Virus record (IMG/VR): IMGVR_UViG_3300035698_010479 | Location: 124,001 to 188,000 of that record | Reading direction: 5' to 3' (one strand) | DNA: 64,000 nt | In this document: piece after piece, positions 38,645 to 47,768 of the stretch | Numbering within the stretch: position 1 is the first letter of the stretch | Layout of the letters: each line of letters begins with the position of its first letter | The notes under the pieces: model-generated | What the model was told of the DNA's origin: nothing | The model's database searches: none | What the model saw: only the letters and a program-made list of their open reading frames with translations | Made by a program: the position numbers and the translations under genes

Positions 38645-40501
38645 CTAGTTGGTTTGTTGTACTGTAGCTGTTACCAACACATCTTGGGCAAGTACACCGG
38701 CTTTATAGACTGTTTGTACAAAACCATTTGCGTCTGTATTTAATTCAGTACCACCAGTGATAGAGCCATCTCCACCTCCACCTTCTGAGAATGTCACACG
38801 CCTATTTTTTATCGGTTGAAGAAACTGGTCTTTTACCCAAGCATTTATATTAGTTGTACTTAAACCATTGGCTGCTATAATAGCTGGAGAAGCTGATAAG
38901 GAAATAGATGTTACAAAAGATTCTAGAGGTGATAAAAAGTAATCAAATGCGGATGATCCCTGTAGTCTATACAGATTATTCCTATCCACCGCCATATCCT
39001 GGAGTATAATTGCTACGTTACTTGATATATTGTCCATAACCATAGAGCCATAATAAGGTAACGCAGTAGCACCTGTATATACCATTACAGTACCTTCTAC
39101 GAATGTTAGATTATCAAAAGTATTTATAATATCAGTGTCAGTAGCATTTTTAGAAGATATTACTAGTTGTGCATCTGAATTAAACATTTCAACAACTCCT
39201 AAATACCTCCAAGGTGTGAACTCAGTTGAGCTAGTGGTTTTATAATAGAAATGTACATCCGAAGCAACACGTTTGATTCTAAGACCGTATATATCAATAT
39301 TGGTTAAAGGATCTTCTTCTATACCAGAAACCGTCGTCAAAATACCATCAGTAGCTTTTCTATATATTACAGAAAAATTCTGATGCTCACCTGAGCCAAA
39401 CTCTGTACTATAGCCTCTTGATAACTTACAAAATCTATTCTGTTCGTTAGGAAAAATTAACTTAATGGAATTCTCCATAAAACCAATACCACTATAAGTA
39501 GCATCATAAGCAAGTAATCTACCATCTATTGTGACATCAAAATCCTCTGGTAAGTAGTATTTTGATTGGATACATTCTTCAGACTGTGGTGAGTGTAGTG
39601 GGTTTAAGTAAAGTGTACTACTTTGTATAGTAGGTGTACCACTAATAGTAGTCCATCGGTTAGAATCAATTGTATTAAAGGTATCATTAAATACATCAGC
39701 ATCATAAATATTGCGCTTATATATTGAAGTGTTTACAAATAATGTATTTGTACCTTTAGCATATAATAACATATCCTTACTACCCAAATCTTGGAATGAT
39801 CCTATCTTATAGAATGTACAAGCAGTAATAGCCTTGTATGCACCACCAGAAAACTTGGTTTTAAATGTACCATCTATGGAGCTGAATTTATATAAAGCAC
39901 CAGTAGTACCATCAATACCATTATAATTATTAAATAACCAGATATTTTTATGAAAATTTATTTCAGCACCTACTGCATAACCATAGCTAACTGGAGTACT
40001 TAAAACTACACCTCCGAACACAGTATCAACTATAGCAATATCCTCTTCCTCACCGTTGGCATTAGGTCCTATATGTAAGACAGCTCCTGTGATAACCTCT
40101 GGATTATTTGTATACTCATCCAAATACAATACTAAATCTCCTGGTATAACCAACTCAGTTAATTTTGTATGGTAGTGTTCAATAGTGAAACAATCCGAGT
40201 TGTATGTTAAGCTACCTGAAGAATTTAAAGTTATAGTTTGCTGTAATTTAGCTAAATAATTATCAATTCGCCATCTTTTTATAAATATAGTAGTTGATGG
40301 TGATTCCATAGTCCAAAAATTAACACCATCATATTCTAAGGACTTCACTGTATTATCTAGTAGAATATCGCATGGATATGAAAACGCTGTATTACCATCA
40401 TCCGTTTTTTGAAGTAGTGCATCCTGGTCCTCATCGAACGTATAAAAGTAACCATTACTTACCGTAAAATTGGACTTTCTTATATTAATATTTGTTGCCA
40501 T
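38645..40501 (-). CDS. putative tail fibre paralog 1 with C-terminal Big_1-like domain
   Basis: LSASPAIIAANGLSTTNINAWVKDQFLQPIKNRRVTFS (Big_1). Likely start is MATNIN at 40501, by alignment with paralog starts MAYENI and MAQENI; the ORF track starts at 40534. Confidence 0.65.
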   Translation of the reverse strand: MATNINIRKSNFTVSNGYFYTFDEDQDALLQKTDDGNTAFSYPCDILLDNTVKSLEYDGVNFWTMESPSTTIFIKRWRIDNYLAKLQQTITLNSSGSLTYNSDCFTIEHYHTKLTELVIPGDLVLYLDEYTNNPEVITGAVLHIGPNANGEEEDIAIVDTVFGGVVLSTPVSYGYAVGAEINFHKNIWLFNNYNGIDGTTGALYKFSSIDGTFKTKFSGGAYKAITACTFYKIGSFQDLGSKDMLLYAKGTNTLFVNTSIYKRNIYDADVFNDTFNTIDSNRWTTISGTPTIQSSTLYLNPLHSPQSEECIQSKYYLPEDFDVTIDGRLLAYDATYSGIGFMENSIKLIFPNEQNRFCKLSRGYSTEFGSGEHQNFSVIYRKATDGILTTVSGIEEDPLTNIDIYGLRIKRVASDVHFYYKTTSSTEFTPWRYLGVVEMFNSDAQLVISSKNATDTDIINTFDNLTFVEGTVMVYTGATALPYYGSMVMDNISSNVAIILQDMAVDRNNLYRLQGSSAFDYFLSPLESFVTSISLSASPAIIAANGLSTTNINAWVKDQFLQPIKNRRVTFSEGGGGDGSITGGTELNTDANGFVQTVYKAGVLAQDVLVTATVQQTN

Positions 40502-40506
40502 ATATA

Positions 40507-41004
40507 TTATCCATATAAAATTGTGGGTATCCAATGAAAATCATATTCATAAGGGTCCCCTTTAACGATCACTTCCGATGTTATATCAAAATCTACTTCG
40601 CCATTATTTAAGGTTACCACCATATCTGATAAGTCTATACCTGATGATGGGTGCTTCTCTTCTATAACAAAACGTATATGTTCTGTTATAGGTACATTAA
40701 TACCCACGGGGGAAAAATTTTTTAAAGTCGGTGGGTATCTATCTACATCAAAATCCTGCCAATCTATTATGCTACACATATCAGCAATAGCTTTATTTAT
40801 TTCAGGCTCTATAAAGTCTTCTGTAACTTTGTGTACAAATCTTGGTACTATCTTATTACCACTAGAGTCCAGAGATGCGGTTCCTATCTCTAGCAACCAC
40901 ACCATTTCACCCTCTTCATCCTTTAAAGCATATTTACGTAAGTTTAAATTAAACTTTACTGCTTTTCTAGGATTTAAAGTATGCTTTACAATTATATCAG
41001 ACAT
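40507..41004 (-). CDS. virion protein with C-terminal Ig-like domain
   Basis: DRYPPTLKNFSP...SGIDLSDMVVTLN resembles the Ig-like repeats of 33454..36063. Confidence 0.5.
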   Translation of the reverse strand: MSDIIVKHTLNPRKAVKFNLNLRKYALKDEEGEMVWLLEIGTASLDSSGNKIVPRFVHKVTEDFIEPEINKAIADMCSIIDWQDFDVDRYPPTLKNFSPVGINVPITEHIRFVIEEKHPSSGIDLSDMVVTLNNGEVDFDITSEVIVKGDPYEYDFHWIPTILYG

Positions 41005-41969
41005 TAAGAAAAGTCAATTTGATTTATCATAATTTTTGCCATATATCTTAATAATTCATCTATATCATTGTAGTAACTATCAGGTGAGTTATCTGGATCT
41101 ACCTTCTGTAGAATCTGAACATATGCTCCTGAAGCTACAGTGTAACTGTTAGGTATACCTATAAAACTATTAGTAGCAGTTGTAGCTACAGTTATATTAG
41201 TAGTGTTGACTGCCAATGCAGTAAAATAGTTACTCTTAGTTCCATCAGTAATAACAAGTGCATCACCAACATTAACACCGGTAGTCATATTTATAACTAA
41301 TGTATCCGCGTTCGCAGTATAATCAGATAATAGGGGTGCTTCCAATATAGTTATATCAGATAGTACTTCACTCATAACAGGCTGGTCAAAACCCAACATT
41401 GCCGCACAATCGTTTACAGGGCTATTTCCAACTCTAACAGATGACCTTGCAGGGCCTGTAAAATAGTTAGATATTGTACCTGAGGATATAAAAAATTTAT
41501 TATCCGAAAACTTTACTGAACAGTTTTTATAAGCCAGTTTAAAACCGGCATCAACTCCAGAAGCAGTAACCACACGTAGTTTGGCCTGTATATCCATAGC
41601 AATTTCTTCACCACGTTTTAATACGCCATTATTATGATCTAGTGTTATATTATAATAACCATTAGAAGTACCACTAACTGTAGCGTCCATTTTTACACCG
41701 AGAACGCAATGTGTGGAGTCTAATGCAAATTTACCATTTGTGCCTTTAAACCCTGAGCTTTTAACCCAACCTATCTTGCCCCCAGCTATATAAAGACTCT
41801 GAATAGATGTCCTAGCTGTAGTATCTGAATAAGCTGATGTCGATGCAGATATTAAATATTTTTCATCACCTTCTGAACCTGAAGGTACTAAAATAGTTGT
41901 GTCCAATGTAACTTTTTTTGTCACACCAGGAAAATTTTCTAAATCTTGTACGTCTAAGCTAATGGACAT
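41004..41969 (-). CDS. putative virion structural protein (321 aa)
   Basis: GGAGG RBS; carries the shared ...KFFISSGT...SSVRV...AAMLGF domain. Confidence 0.55.
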   Translation of the reverse strand: MSISLDVQDLENFPGVTKKVTLDTTILVPSGSEGDEKYLISASTSAYSDTTARTSIQSLYIAGGKIGWVKSSGFKGTNGKFALDSTHCVLGVKMDATVSGTSNGYYNITLDHNNGVLKRGEEIAMDIQAKLRVVTASGVDAGFKLAYKNCSVKFSDNKFFISSGTISNYFTGPARSSVRVGNSPVNDCAAMLGFDQPVMSEVLSDITILEAPLLSDYTANADTLVINMTTGVNVGDALVITDGTKSNYFTALAVNTTNITVATTATNSFIGIPNSYTVASGAYVQILQKVDPDNSPDSYYNDIDELLRYMAKIMINQIDFS

Positions 41970-41999
41970 TATTATATCCTCCGTTATTGAATTATTATA

Positions 42000-42287
42000 T
42001 TATACATAAAAAAAAGCTAATCCGGTATTTAAAAGGTACTGACACCCACTATAGGTGCATTGATAACCCCAAGTACCCCCAACATTAATCGGACGCATAT
42101 AATAGTGTTTGTTATCATCTCCTATGTGTGCTGCTTTTGCTGGCAAAGTACCTGATACAGAGATATCTAATAAGTGTCTAGTCCTTATATCTGTAGCTTC
42201 TATATCGAAAGGGCAAGGTGCATAACACTTACCGACATGATCAAATACTTTATATTCTGGAAAATTTCCACATGTATAGTCTGCCAT
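42000..42287 (-). CDS. hypothetical Cys-containing protein (95 aa)
   Basis: ORF packed in the tail cluster. Confidence 0.6.
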   Translation of the reverse strand: MADYTCGNFPEYKVFDHVGKCYAPCPFDIEATDIRTRHLLDISVSGTLPAKAAHIGDDNKHYYMRPINVGGTWGYQCTYSGCQYLLNTGLAFFYV

Positions 42288-42289
42288 TG

Positions 42290-42718
42290 TTATCCTATAA
42301 AATTATATATTTGTAAATCTTTATTAGAAACATACGTCTTATATGAAGTATAAAAATCATGCGTTTCTCTTTCGTGTTGTTTACAATCAATAACTAACGT
42401 GTCACTATCTTCCAACTTAGGTACCTTATGTATTTCAGAGTCGTGTGTAATATAGCAATCGGATAATAACACTTTATTAGCAACATAGGTTACTTCCCCC
42501 CATGCTAGTTTACCTATATATACATTGTCTACTAAAATAAAGTACTGTTTAAAAAAATCAAGAAACATAAAGTTATTACTTTCAATTTTTTCGGCAAACT
42601 GTAAAACAGGTCCAGAAAAATAAGCATTTAGTAAACTACACGTATTATCTGAATATATCGCTTTTTCCCAGCATAACTCTAATCTATATTTCTCACCAAG
42701 TAAAAATAAATCACGCAT
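42290..42718 (-). CDS. hypothetical protein (142 aa)
   Basis: ORF with GGAG RBS in the tail cluster. Confidence 0.65.
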   Translation of the reverse strand: MRDLFLLGEKYRLELCWEKAIYSDNTCSLLNAYFSGPVLQFAEKIESNNFMFLDFFKQYFILVDNVYIGKLAWGEVTYVANKVLLSDCYITHDSEIHKVPKLEDSDTLVIDCKQHERETHDFYTSYKTYVSNKDLQIYNFIG

Positions 42719-42729
42719 AAAAGCTCCAA

Positions 42730-43395
42730 TTATAAGTATAAAGGATTATAAGGCATAGAACAGTTACCAGTACCGATATCACCTGAACCGCCCGTAGATG
42801 AACCAACTGCAGCTATAACACCATTGTATATAAAATCTGATCTACCAATTTGTCCAGCTGATACACTACCAGTTGTACCTTGGTCAGTAGCTCCAGTAAA
42901 AGTTATACCAACTACATTTTCTGCTGTACCAACTGGATCAGAACTAGTGATGGAACCTTCTGATATACCCCGTAGTACATATGTAGGCAAAACAACATTA
43001 GCATCACCTAAAGTAACGTAATTCATCAACGACCAAGACTCTGTACCTGGCGATCTAGCATCCCCTTTTGAATAGTTATAACTACTGACATACCATGTAG
43101 TGGATGTTGGCCCAGATGAACCTGCACCACATCCTGCTGGTGATACTGTGGCAGCTAGTTGATTCGCATTTGCGCAAGTTGTTGTAGGAGTTGTTGTATA
43201 CGAAGGTCCTGGAGAATACACAGTAACGTTTAAAGTTTCTGTTGGGCTTTTCAACTCTGCCGCAGTATAAGGGTCCCAACTACCAAGAACGTATGCTCTC
43301 TGTATATTAGGACTAATACTCCAGGAAACTTGTGTAGCGTGACTACCAGCCCCGCCGAAGGATATTGTTGTAACTGAACCTATTATAACACCCAT
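42730..43395 (-). CDS. putative tail-tube-fold/baseplate protein
   Basis: ATQVSWSISPNIQRAYVLGS...ETLNVTVY resembles tube-fold strands; Gly/Ser/Thr-rich; tail-cluster context. Confidence 0.35.
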   Translation of the reverse strand: MGVIIGSVTTISFGGAGSHATQVSWSISPNIQRAYVLGSWDPYTAAELKSPTETLNVTVYSPGPSYTTTPTTTCANANQLAATVSPAGCGAGSSGPTSTTWYVSSYNYSKGDARSPGTESWSLMNYVTLGDANVVLPTYVLRGISEGSITSSDPVGTAENVVGITFTGATDQGTTGSVSAGQIGRSDFIYNGVIAAVGSSTGGSGDIGTGNCSMPYNPLYL

Positions 43396-43397
43396 AT

Positions 43398-43604
43398 TTA
43401 GTCCCCTTTTTTACATATTAAGAAAGAAGCATAGTCGCATTCGTATCTTTTTTCACATTCTGGGCAATTATGCCTTTTATATGATGCCAGTCTAGCCTCT
43501 ATTTGGGCGTTGGAAAGATACTTATATTCCCCAAAAAGCTCCTTACTTACATCATTGACCTTGTTAGTATATTTACTTCTTTTTGAGCAGCTTCCGCAAG
43601 TCAT
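43398..43604 (-). CDS. small Cys-rich protein (68 aa)
   Basis: CGSC...CPEC...C...C; AGGA RBS. Confidence 0.6.
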   Translation of the reverse strand: MTCGSCSKRSKYTNKVNDVSKELFGEYKYLSNAQIEARLASYKRHNCPECEKRYECDYASFLICKKGD

Positions 43605-43614
43605 ATTAGTATTC

Positions 43615-43869
43615 CTAATTAGTTGTTGTTATTAAAGTAACATGTGTTTCATACCAACCATTGGTACCAATAATTTGGTTCAATGACATAGCAGTAACTT
43701 CACCATCAAATGTTCTACCACCAGCATCAATTGACGTGGTATAACAAAAATTAGCTGTTTGATGCACAGTTGTATAAGACACAGTGGCTCTACCCATTAT
43801 ATCATAGCTAATAGATAATGAAGTACACTCTATAAAACCACAAGGTAAATTTATTGTGGAATTGCCCAT
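43615..43869 (-). CDS. small beta-barrel-like tail-tip protein (84 aa)
   Basis: SLSISYDIMGRATVSYT...FDGEVTAMSL; TAATG-coupled to the upstream gene. Confidence 0.4.
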   Translation of the reverse strand: MGNSTINLPCGFIECTSLSISYDIMGRATVSYTTVHQTANFCYTTSIDAGGRTFDGEVTAMSLNQIIGTNGWYETHVTLITTTN

Positions 43870-44144
43870 TAGCTTCTTTCCTCTACAAAATCTGGATTTT
43901 CCACAGTACTACCAGAAAAAACATCTCCACTAACATCTAGTAGTCTGGAAAAAGAACCAGACATCAAATCTCCACCCTGGCCTCTAAAGTCACCACTACC
44001 AGGAAGATTTTCTGTATATAAATAGTTAACTACAGTTGATTCTTCACCCATAAAAGTCTGCAGTATAAACTCAGAACCACCTACTGGCATTGGTGACCCA
44101 GCACGAAGCCTATATGTTCTACCAATTACTTTAACGTCTGCCAT
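43869..44144 (-). CDS. hypothetical protein (91 aa)
   Basis: Coupled ORF in the tail cluster. Confidence 0.6.
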   Translation of the reverse strand: MADVKVIGRTYRLRAGSPMPVGGSEFILQTFMGEESTVVNYLYTENLPGSGDFRGQGGDLMSGSFSRLLDVSGDVFSGSTVENPDFVEERS

Positions 44145-44152
44145 AATTTATC

Positions 44153-44758
44153 CTAACTTATTGAGTAAATGAAACTCATATTAACTACCGGAATTTGCCC
44201 TGGAACACACTGTATGTTAATATTCTGTAGTTTACAACTACCGTATCCCCCTATACCATATGAGGTTAGATTAATTGTACAACCGGCTTCCGTAGTAGTA
44301 TTTATATCCCACGGGTTTCCACTGTAGATCAACCCATAGCCATCTTTTTGTGTTGAGTTTTCGTACAAAGAAGCTGGTCCTGAACCAGCTGTGGCACTTA
44401 CTACTTGATACTCACTTATAGGATTGGGAACACCATTTATAGAGGGAAATTTTGCATACCCACCTACCTCACCAGATACATAGGATCTTCCAGCCCCTCC
44501 AAATAAATACATATTTTCTTCACAATTACTTTTTATAATCCAGGGGATAGTAACACCAGCTCTACCTGGGCAACCTACATATCGTTCTTTTGAAGCATAC
44601 GCAGTAATAGATACAGTACCAGTGCTTGGTGACACTGTATAAGCATTAGTTCCACCGGCGCTTATTAAATTCATCTGTGTAGACCCTTGAGAGGTTACGG
44701 AAATAATACCTTGAGCAGTTATATTAAAATTTCCAACTAAATTACAACAAGAAGTCAT
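44153..44758 (-). CDS. putative tail-tip structural protein (201 aa)
   Basis: GGAG RBS; beta-rich Gly/Ser/Thr composition; tail-cluster context. Confidence 0.45.
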   Translation of the reverse strand: MTSCCNLVGNFNITAQGIISVTSQGSTQMNLISAGGTNAYTVSPSTGTVSITAYASKERYVGCPGRAGVTIPWIIKSNCEENMYLFGGAGRSYVSGEVGGYAKFPSINGVPNPISEYQVVSATAGSGPASLYENSTQKDGYGLIYSGNPWDINTTTEAGCTINLTSYGIGGYGSCKLQNINIQCVPGQIPVVNMSFIYSIS

Positions 44759-44769
44759 TATAGTTCTCC

Positions 44770-45165
44770 TTAGGGTGTAGTAGGTGTAGTAGTTGGAATA
44801 TCTGCCATATACGTACCATAAGCAGGGCCACCTTGCTCTATAGATCCATGTGTGTGAATTGGTATGGATATGATAGAAATTATATGCTCTTCATTATTAG
44901 CTGTAAAAAAATGAATTCTATTTTCTCTACTTTGTAAATGTGTATATCTTACTTTTAGTACAGGCTCGTCTAATTTAGTTATACTACCTACTAACTCATC
45001 CTCTGAAACAAAGCCGTATATATGTAACCTAGGCTCTCCATGAATTTTTACCATATCCGCAGATTTTTTAGGAAAAGTGCCCTGTCTTTCTTTAGGAAAT
45101 ACTGGTACTGATATATCTACATAATGTCCAGCAGGTATTGATATAGTAGCTGCATTGTATGCCAT
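44770..45165 (-). CDS. putative baseplate spike/tip protein with HxH motif
   Basis: C-terminal IPIHTHGSIEQGG resembles the metal-binding HxH apex of P2 gpV/Mu gp45-type spikes. Confidence 0.4.
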   Translation of the reverse strand: MAYNAATISIPAGHYVDISVPVFPKERQGTFPKKSADMVKIHGEPRLHIYGFVSEDELVGSITKLDEPVLKVRYTHLQSRENRIHFFTANNEEHIISIISIPIHTHGSIEQGGPAYGTYMADIPTTTPTTP

Positions 45166-45764
45166 TATGGGGTTACTCCTGCAGTAGTATCTACTAAGGT
45201 TATCGCACTGAAACTAAAATTTAAAGACATATCAGAGTTGGCTAAATTAGTAACACCAAAAGCGTTAAGATCAGAAGAGTTATTACTTTTATTATTTTTC
45301 TCTTTAGCACTGGTAACATCTTGGTCTGTATATTGTACATTAGCATTTACTAAAGCAAATTGGCCTCCTTTTTCAGCTGCCCTAACTACACTTTCTATAA
45401 TAGCCCAACGTGCCTTAGAGTCCATCTGACGTCTAGTGTATTTCTCACCCTCTAGTCTATAAAGAACATCGCTACCTGAAATATTCAATACAGTATAATT
45501 AGGATCATCAAAACATATACTAGGTCTGGAAGATAGAATTAAACCAGTAAATATTTTACTTTCTCTACCTTTCTCACCAGCATATATAATCACCTCATTA
45601 TTATCAATAGATCTAAGGTGTGAAGATAGTACTTTAACAGACGCAGAAAAAGTAGATTTACTATTTCTAGTTTTTGTCACATTAAAAGATAGTATATACG
45701 GCGTTGCAACAGAAATACCACCGAAAGATATAGTAGCTCTAATTTTTACACTTTCTATTGACAT
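45165..45764 (-). CDS. baseplate-hub-like (gpD/XkdQ N-terminal barrel) protein
   Basis: ILSFNVTKTRN..STFSASV...EVIIYAG....KIFTGLI...LNISGSDVLYRL is the typical hub N-terminal pattern. Confidence 0.55.
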   Translation of the reverse strand: MSIESVKIRATISFGGISVATPYILSFNVTKTRNSKSTFSASVKVLSSHLRSIDNNEVIIYAGEKGRESKIFTGLILSSRPSICFDDPNYTVLNISGSDVLYRLEGEKYTRRQMDSKARWAIIESVVRAAEKGGQFALVNANVQYTDQDVTSAKEKNNKSNNSSDLNAFGVTNLANSDMSLNFSFSAITLVDTTAGVTP

Positions 45765-47767
45765 TACCCCTCCACAGCATTATTATGAATAGTTATAGAA
45801 ACCCTATCTCTTATGGCCAGTACACTAGCACAACCATTAATACACATTATTGGCCCTATACCATCAACATGTACAACATACTGTACATGATTTCCTAGAT
45901 CTTGTATAATAGTTCCTTTGGAGGATACTTCTTCGGTTTGTTTGTAATAAATTCCGCCATCTATACCAGCAAAATCTCCAAAATATTCTGGGCCTTCAGT
46001 TACATTTATTAAATAAGAGCCTTGGTCTGTGTATGAATACTCCACTACGTTTACAATACCACCGTTTATACCCCTATCACCTACTTTTGGGTTATCTGTA
46101 GGTGGACATGTATGTGTAAAAACCTCACCATTATCTGCCTTTAGTAAGTCATATAATTTACGTGATAATATTCTAGTATGTCCTTCATCTAGTGAAGCTA
46201 ATGTGAGGCTTAAAGTCCTACCGGAACTCATGGTTGATAAGGCCCTCTCCATAGCAGTATCTTGTAGTTCTTGAACGGTTGTTGGATCATTATCCACAAT
46301 GCCATCTGTTTGGTCAATTATATCACCATTTATAGCAATTGGTGATGGTAGATCTCTTATGGCCATTCCTAGAATTTCCACTGTAAGATTTTGAGCTATC
46401 TCAGACGCTCTGCCTGTAGGATCTGTAACAATAAAACATGGAGAGTCTAGATTTATTTGGGCCCATATTTGTTCTACAAGAACACCATTATTGTTTTCAA
46501 GCGGCAATATTGTACCTTGTGCTGGATCAGCACCTTGAAATAATTCTATTAAATCCTCACTTGCATCATCAATATAGAAATTAACGCCAGTACCAACAGT
46601 AGCGAAGTCATTATATCTTAGATTATCGACAAACTGAATACATGGAAGATTTTCAAAAGTATTATCCTCTTTATTATATAATGTTGCATAGTGTATACTT
46701 TCATTTAGTTTTATAATGTTCCTGTATATATTTCTGGAAAACACACATAATACTGTGTTTGTTATATCATTTTCAGAAATAGCAGCTGCGTCGTCAACAG
46801 GAACGCCCCAACAACTTACCAATGGTATACCTACAACAAATACACCCTGTATACCTAAAAACTTACTAACCACTGAACCTCTAATATCATCGTAAGTAAG
46901 CCCCTCAATACTAGGTATAACTAAAGGTATAGATGATGATGAACAATTCATTACAGTTGTGTCGAACGTTGTACAACCACTTAATGATTCATCATTAAAA
47001 ACAGATATCTTTCTTTTTACTAATGTACCAATATTTGGGTGTGGTCCTGGTCCGATCTTTGCTTCTGGGTCTGAAAGTATTACAGGAATAGATGACTGAC
47101 TTTGCTGATAAATCTTAGTAAATGGTGTAACCAAGTCTGCCGGTGGTGTAATTTTCCATGAAAAGCCTATAAATCTCTCAAATGGTGAGGTTAATTCAAA
47201 ACCTATATCATTTATACCATTATTCCAATTACTATTTGGTGAATTTCTAAATGGATCATTATAAGTCACAGTAGCGTGTGTGGTAAAATTACTAAAAAGG
47301 CAACTAGAATTTAATTTTGTAGTATCATGTACTGTACTATTACTTGATTCGGACCCTATAATTTCGTACCACTCATACATTATACGTTCTTGTTTAGGTT
47401 TAGCCCCTGTTATTTGAACGCCAACATCAGGTCTTACATAACTTCTTGAACCTATACTATAATAAGGACTTATATCAGCATTACTATCACCAACTTCATA
47501 AAATTCAGCTTTTCCATCTGCATTTATTCTCACTTCAAATAAGTTGGAACTTTCATTCTTAGCGTATTCCTCCAGCAAAGATGTTTTCAATGTTGATAAT
47601 GCATCAGCTCTCTTTATATCTACATTATTTAAAGGACCTCCCCCGTTACCTTCATAACTAATACCAAAAGTTGCTAGTACATCTTCAGCTACGCTGGATT
47701 TTTCAGGTACTTCATAGATATCTTGAAGTACCTGAAAACCTGGCCACACAAAATTTTCTGTTGCCAT
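45764..47767 (-). CDS. putative baseplate hub/Tal-like protein with C-terminal OB-like domain
   Basis: First gene after the tape measure; PKVGDR..IVNVVEYSYTDQGSYLINV (hub C-terminal barrel-like) then GTIIQ..YVVHVDG...RDRVSI (OB-like). Confidence 0.45.
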   Translation of the reverse strand: MATENFVWPGFQVLQDIYEVPEKSSVAEDVLATFGISYEGNGGGPLNNVDIKRADALSTLKTSLLEEYAKNESSNLFEVRINADGKAEFYEVGDSNADISPYYSIGSRSYVRPDVGVQITGAKPKQERIMYEWYEIIGSESSNSTVHDTTKLNSSCLFSNFTTHATVTYNDPFRNSPNSNWNNGINDIGFELTSPFERFIGFSWKITPPADLVTPFTKIYQQSQSSIPVILSDPEAKIGPGPHPNIGTLVKRKISVFNDESLSGCTTFDTTVMNCSSSSIPLVIPSIEGLTYDDIRGSVVSKFLGIQGVFVVGIPLVSCWGVPVDDAAAISENDITNTVLCVFSRNIYRNIIKLNESIHYATLYNKEDNTFENLPCIQFVDNLRYNDFATVGTGVNFYIDDASEDLIELFQGADPAQGTILPLENNNGVLVEQIWAQINLDSPCFIVTDPTGRASEIAQNLTVEILGMAIRDLPSPIAINGDIIDQTDGIVDNDPTTVQELQDTAMERALSTMSSGRTLSLTLASLDEGHTRILSRKLYDLLKADNGEVFTHTCPPTDNPKVGDRGINGGIVNVVEYSYTDQGSYLINVTEGPEYFGDFAGIDGGIYYKQTEEVSSKGTIIQDLGNHVQYVVHVDGIGPIMCINGCASVLAIRDRVSITIHNNAVEG

Positions 47768-47768
47768 A

